63,784 nt of DNA. It comes from a virus (taxonomy: Duplodnaviria > Caudoviricetes). The stretch spans positions 1-63,784 of the IMG/VR virus record IMGVR_UViG_3300045284_000147. One strand, written 5' to 3'. Position numbers and translations under genes: made by a program. Under the pieces are notes generated by a model, which was given only the letters and a program-made list of their open reading frames with translations, did not search any database and had not been told where the DNA came from. Below, one piece after another: positions 62,772 to 63,784 of this stretch. Within the stretch, counting starts at the first letter, position 1. The number at the start of each line of letters is the position of its first letter.

Positions 62772-63323
62772 TCACAATTCGGCAGATACGAAGCCGGGTT
62801 GTACGTAGCAAGCAGAGACCACCGGACGTACGGGTGTGCAAGGCTTAGTGGATGGGATAGCACCGCAGGCTCCTAAAGGGCCGGTATCGGGCGAAGAAGC
62901 ACCACGGGAACGCAGGGACAGCAGCGAAGCGGGCACATGACCCCCCGCCTAGCAGCAGACCCTAATCCGACTGGTGTGGGATTCCATAACACGCTGCACC
63001 GTTCGTGGTAGTGCCTACGTATCAACCCAGCGGGTGGTAGTGGATGGGAGGGGCTGATGATCATTGGCCGTGATGCTCCCTAATCTACCGGCATGGATGA
63101 CGATGAGGCCCGTCATCCATGCCTTCCTATATGATCCATGCGCTCGCATGGAACACGCACGACAACAGGTCATGGCGCTACTGCGCTAAACCAACATGCT
63201 CACCTGAGTGCCGACTTCCATGCGACACATGCCCCTTTGGGGACGTAGCCCGATTGGGCTGCGTACTGCGATCTCACCACGAGATGGCAGTCTTTAGTCC
63301 AATCAATCAAGAGAGGTAATACC

Positions 63324-63515
63324 ATGCAATTGATGCAGAAACTCTTCGCCAACGCCGCCCTGCCCACCGACTTCTACCGCATGCGTGAACGCGCAGCGGA
63401 TGCGTGGTGGCAGGCCGAGATGGCGTTCATCGCCGACCGCGCGCACTACGCCGCGTGGTTCGGCCCGCTCGACAACGACGAGGCGGGTGTGGGCATGCCC
63501 ACACTGCAGTCATGA
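63324..63515 (+). CDS. hypothetical early protein
   Basis: RBS GAGAGGT. Confidence 0.65.
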   Translation: MQLMQKLFANAALPTDFYRMRERAADAWWQAEMAFIADRAHYAAWFGPLDNDEAGVGMPTLQS

Positions 63516-63784
63516 ACACACCCCGCTGGGTTGTCGAAGCACGCAGGAACAAGTTCCTGCCCATTCTGATGCTGCACGCCGAAGCCGCAATCGCGGCTGA
63601 TCCTGATCTCTGGAATCACCTGCTGATGCTCATGGCGGCGATCCGCACCATCGAGTACGAGATCATGCGTACCTGCGACACATGCGGGCACGTCGAACCG
63701 TGCCTGCGCGAGCTGGTGACCACGGACCCCGAGTTCCACAAGTTCGTGTGTCGCAAGGACGTGTATGAGATGTGCGTCAAGCAC
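63512..63784 (+). CDS. hypothetical protein, runs off the window (MNTPRWVVEARR...CDTC...)
   Basis: ATGA coupling; open to the end of the window. Confidence 0.6.
   Translation, partial: MNTPRWVVEARRNKFLPILMLHAEAAIAADPDLWNHLLMLMAAIRTIEYEIMRTCDTCGHVEPCLRELVTTDPEFHKFVCRKDVYEMCVKH

Larger units (their letters stand above)
1..63784. mobile_element. Tailed dsDNA bacteriophage genome (podovirus-like), partial and apparently permuted
   Basis: TerL, portal, scaffold, major capsid, giant internal protein, fibres, PolA and primase-helicase lie in two divergent arms. No host housekeeping genes, tape measure or sheath were recognised. Confidence 0.97.

Noticed and set aside
63050-63125. Hammerhead ribozyme (CTGATGA at about 63054)
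   Set aside because: No correctly placed GAAA core after a stem II.
1-63784. Integrase, tRNA genes or stop-codon reassignment
   Set aside because: No recombinase motifs or cloverleaf were found by eye. Genes are intact under the standard code and use all three stop codons.

Overview
The window is most of a GC-rich tailed dsDNA phage genome with podovirus-like organisation. It looks circularly permuted: it starts inside an early gene and ends inside another, so some early genes lie outside it. The plus-strand arm (60.5 kb to the end, then 1-18.5 kb) carries small early ORFs, a HExxH-metallopeptidase/vWA protein, a family A DNA polymerase, HNH, PD-(D/E)xK and VRR-NUC nucleases, an SNF2 helicase, a 3'-5' exonuclease, an SSB-like protein and a primase-helicase. 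The minus-strand arm (60.2 down to 18.6 kb) carries small membrane proteins and a lipoprotein, TerS, an Acb2-like anti-CBASS sponge, TerL, portal, scaffold, an N4-gp56-type major capsid protein, a 2,390-aa internal protein and about 22 kb of tail/fibre genes. No integrase, RNA polymerase, tRNA, CRISPR array or endolysin was recognised. The most notable observations are: (1) an apparent tape-and-bead fibre system, with three long repeat proteins using two repeat codes plus two pairs of ~145-aa paralogues, alongside two collagen fibres and an embedded glycosyltransferase-methyltransferase; (2) a five-copy, strictly alternating purine/pyrimidine palindrome GTGTGTGCATGCACACAC with a partner 12-mer; (3) a second inverted repeat, AWCC-N5-GGWT, at promoters and late ribosome-binding sites; (4) an Acb2 homologue between the terminase genes; (5) a ~630-nt structured non-coding stretch behind a strong promoter. 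All family calls come from motif recognition by eye, not database searches.
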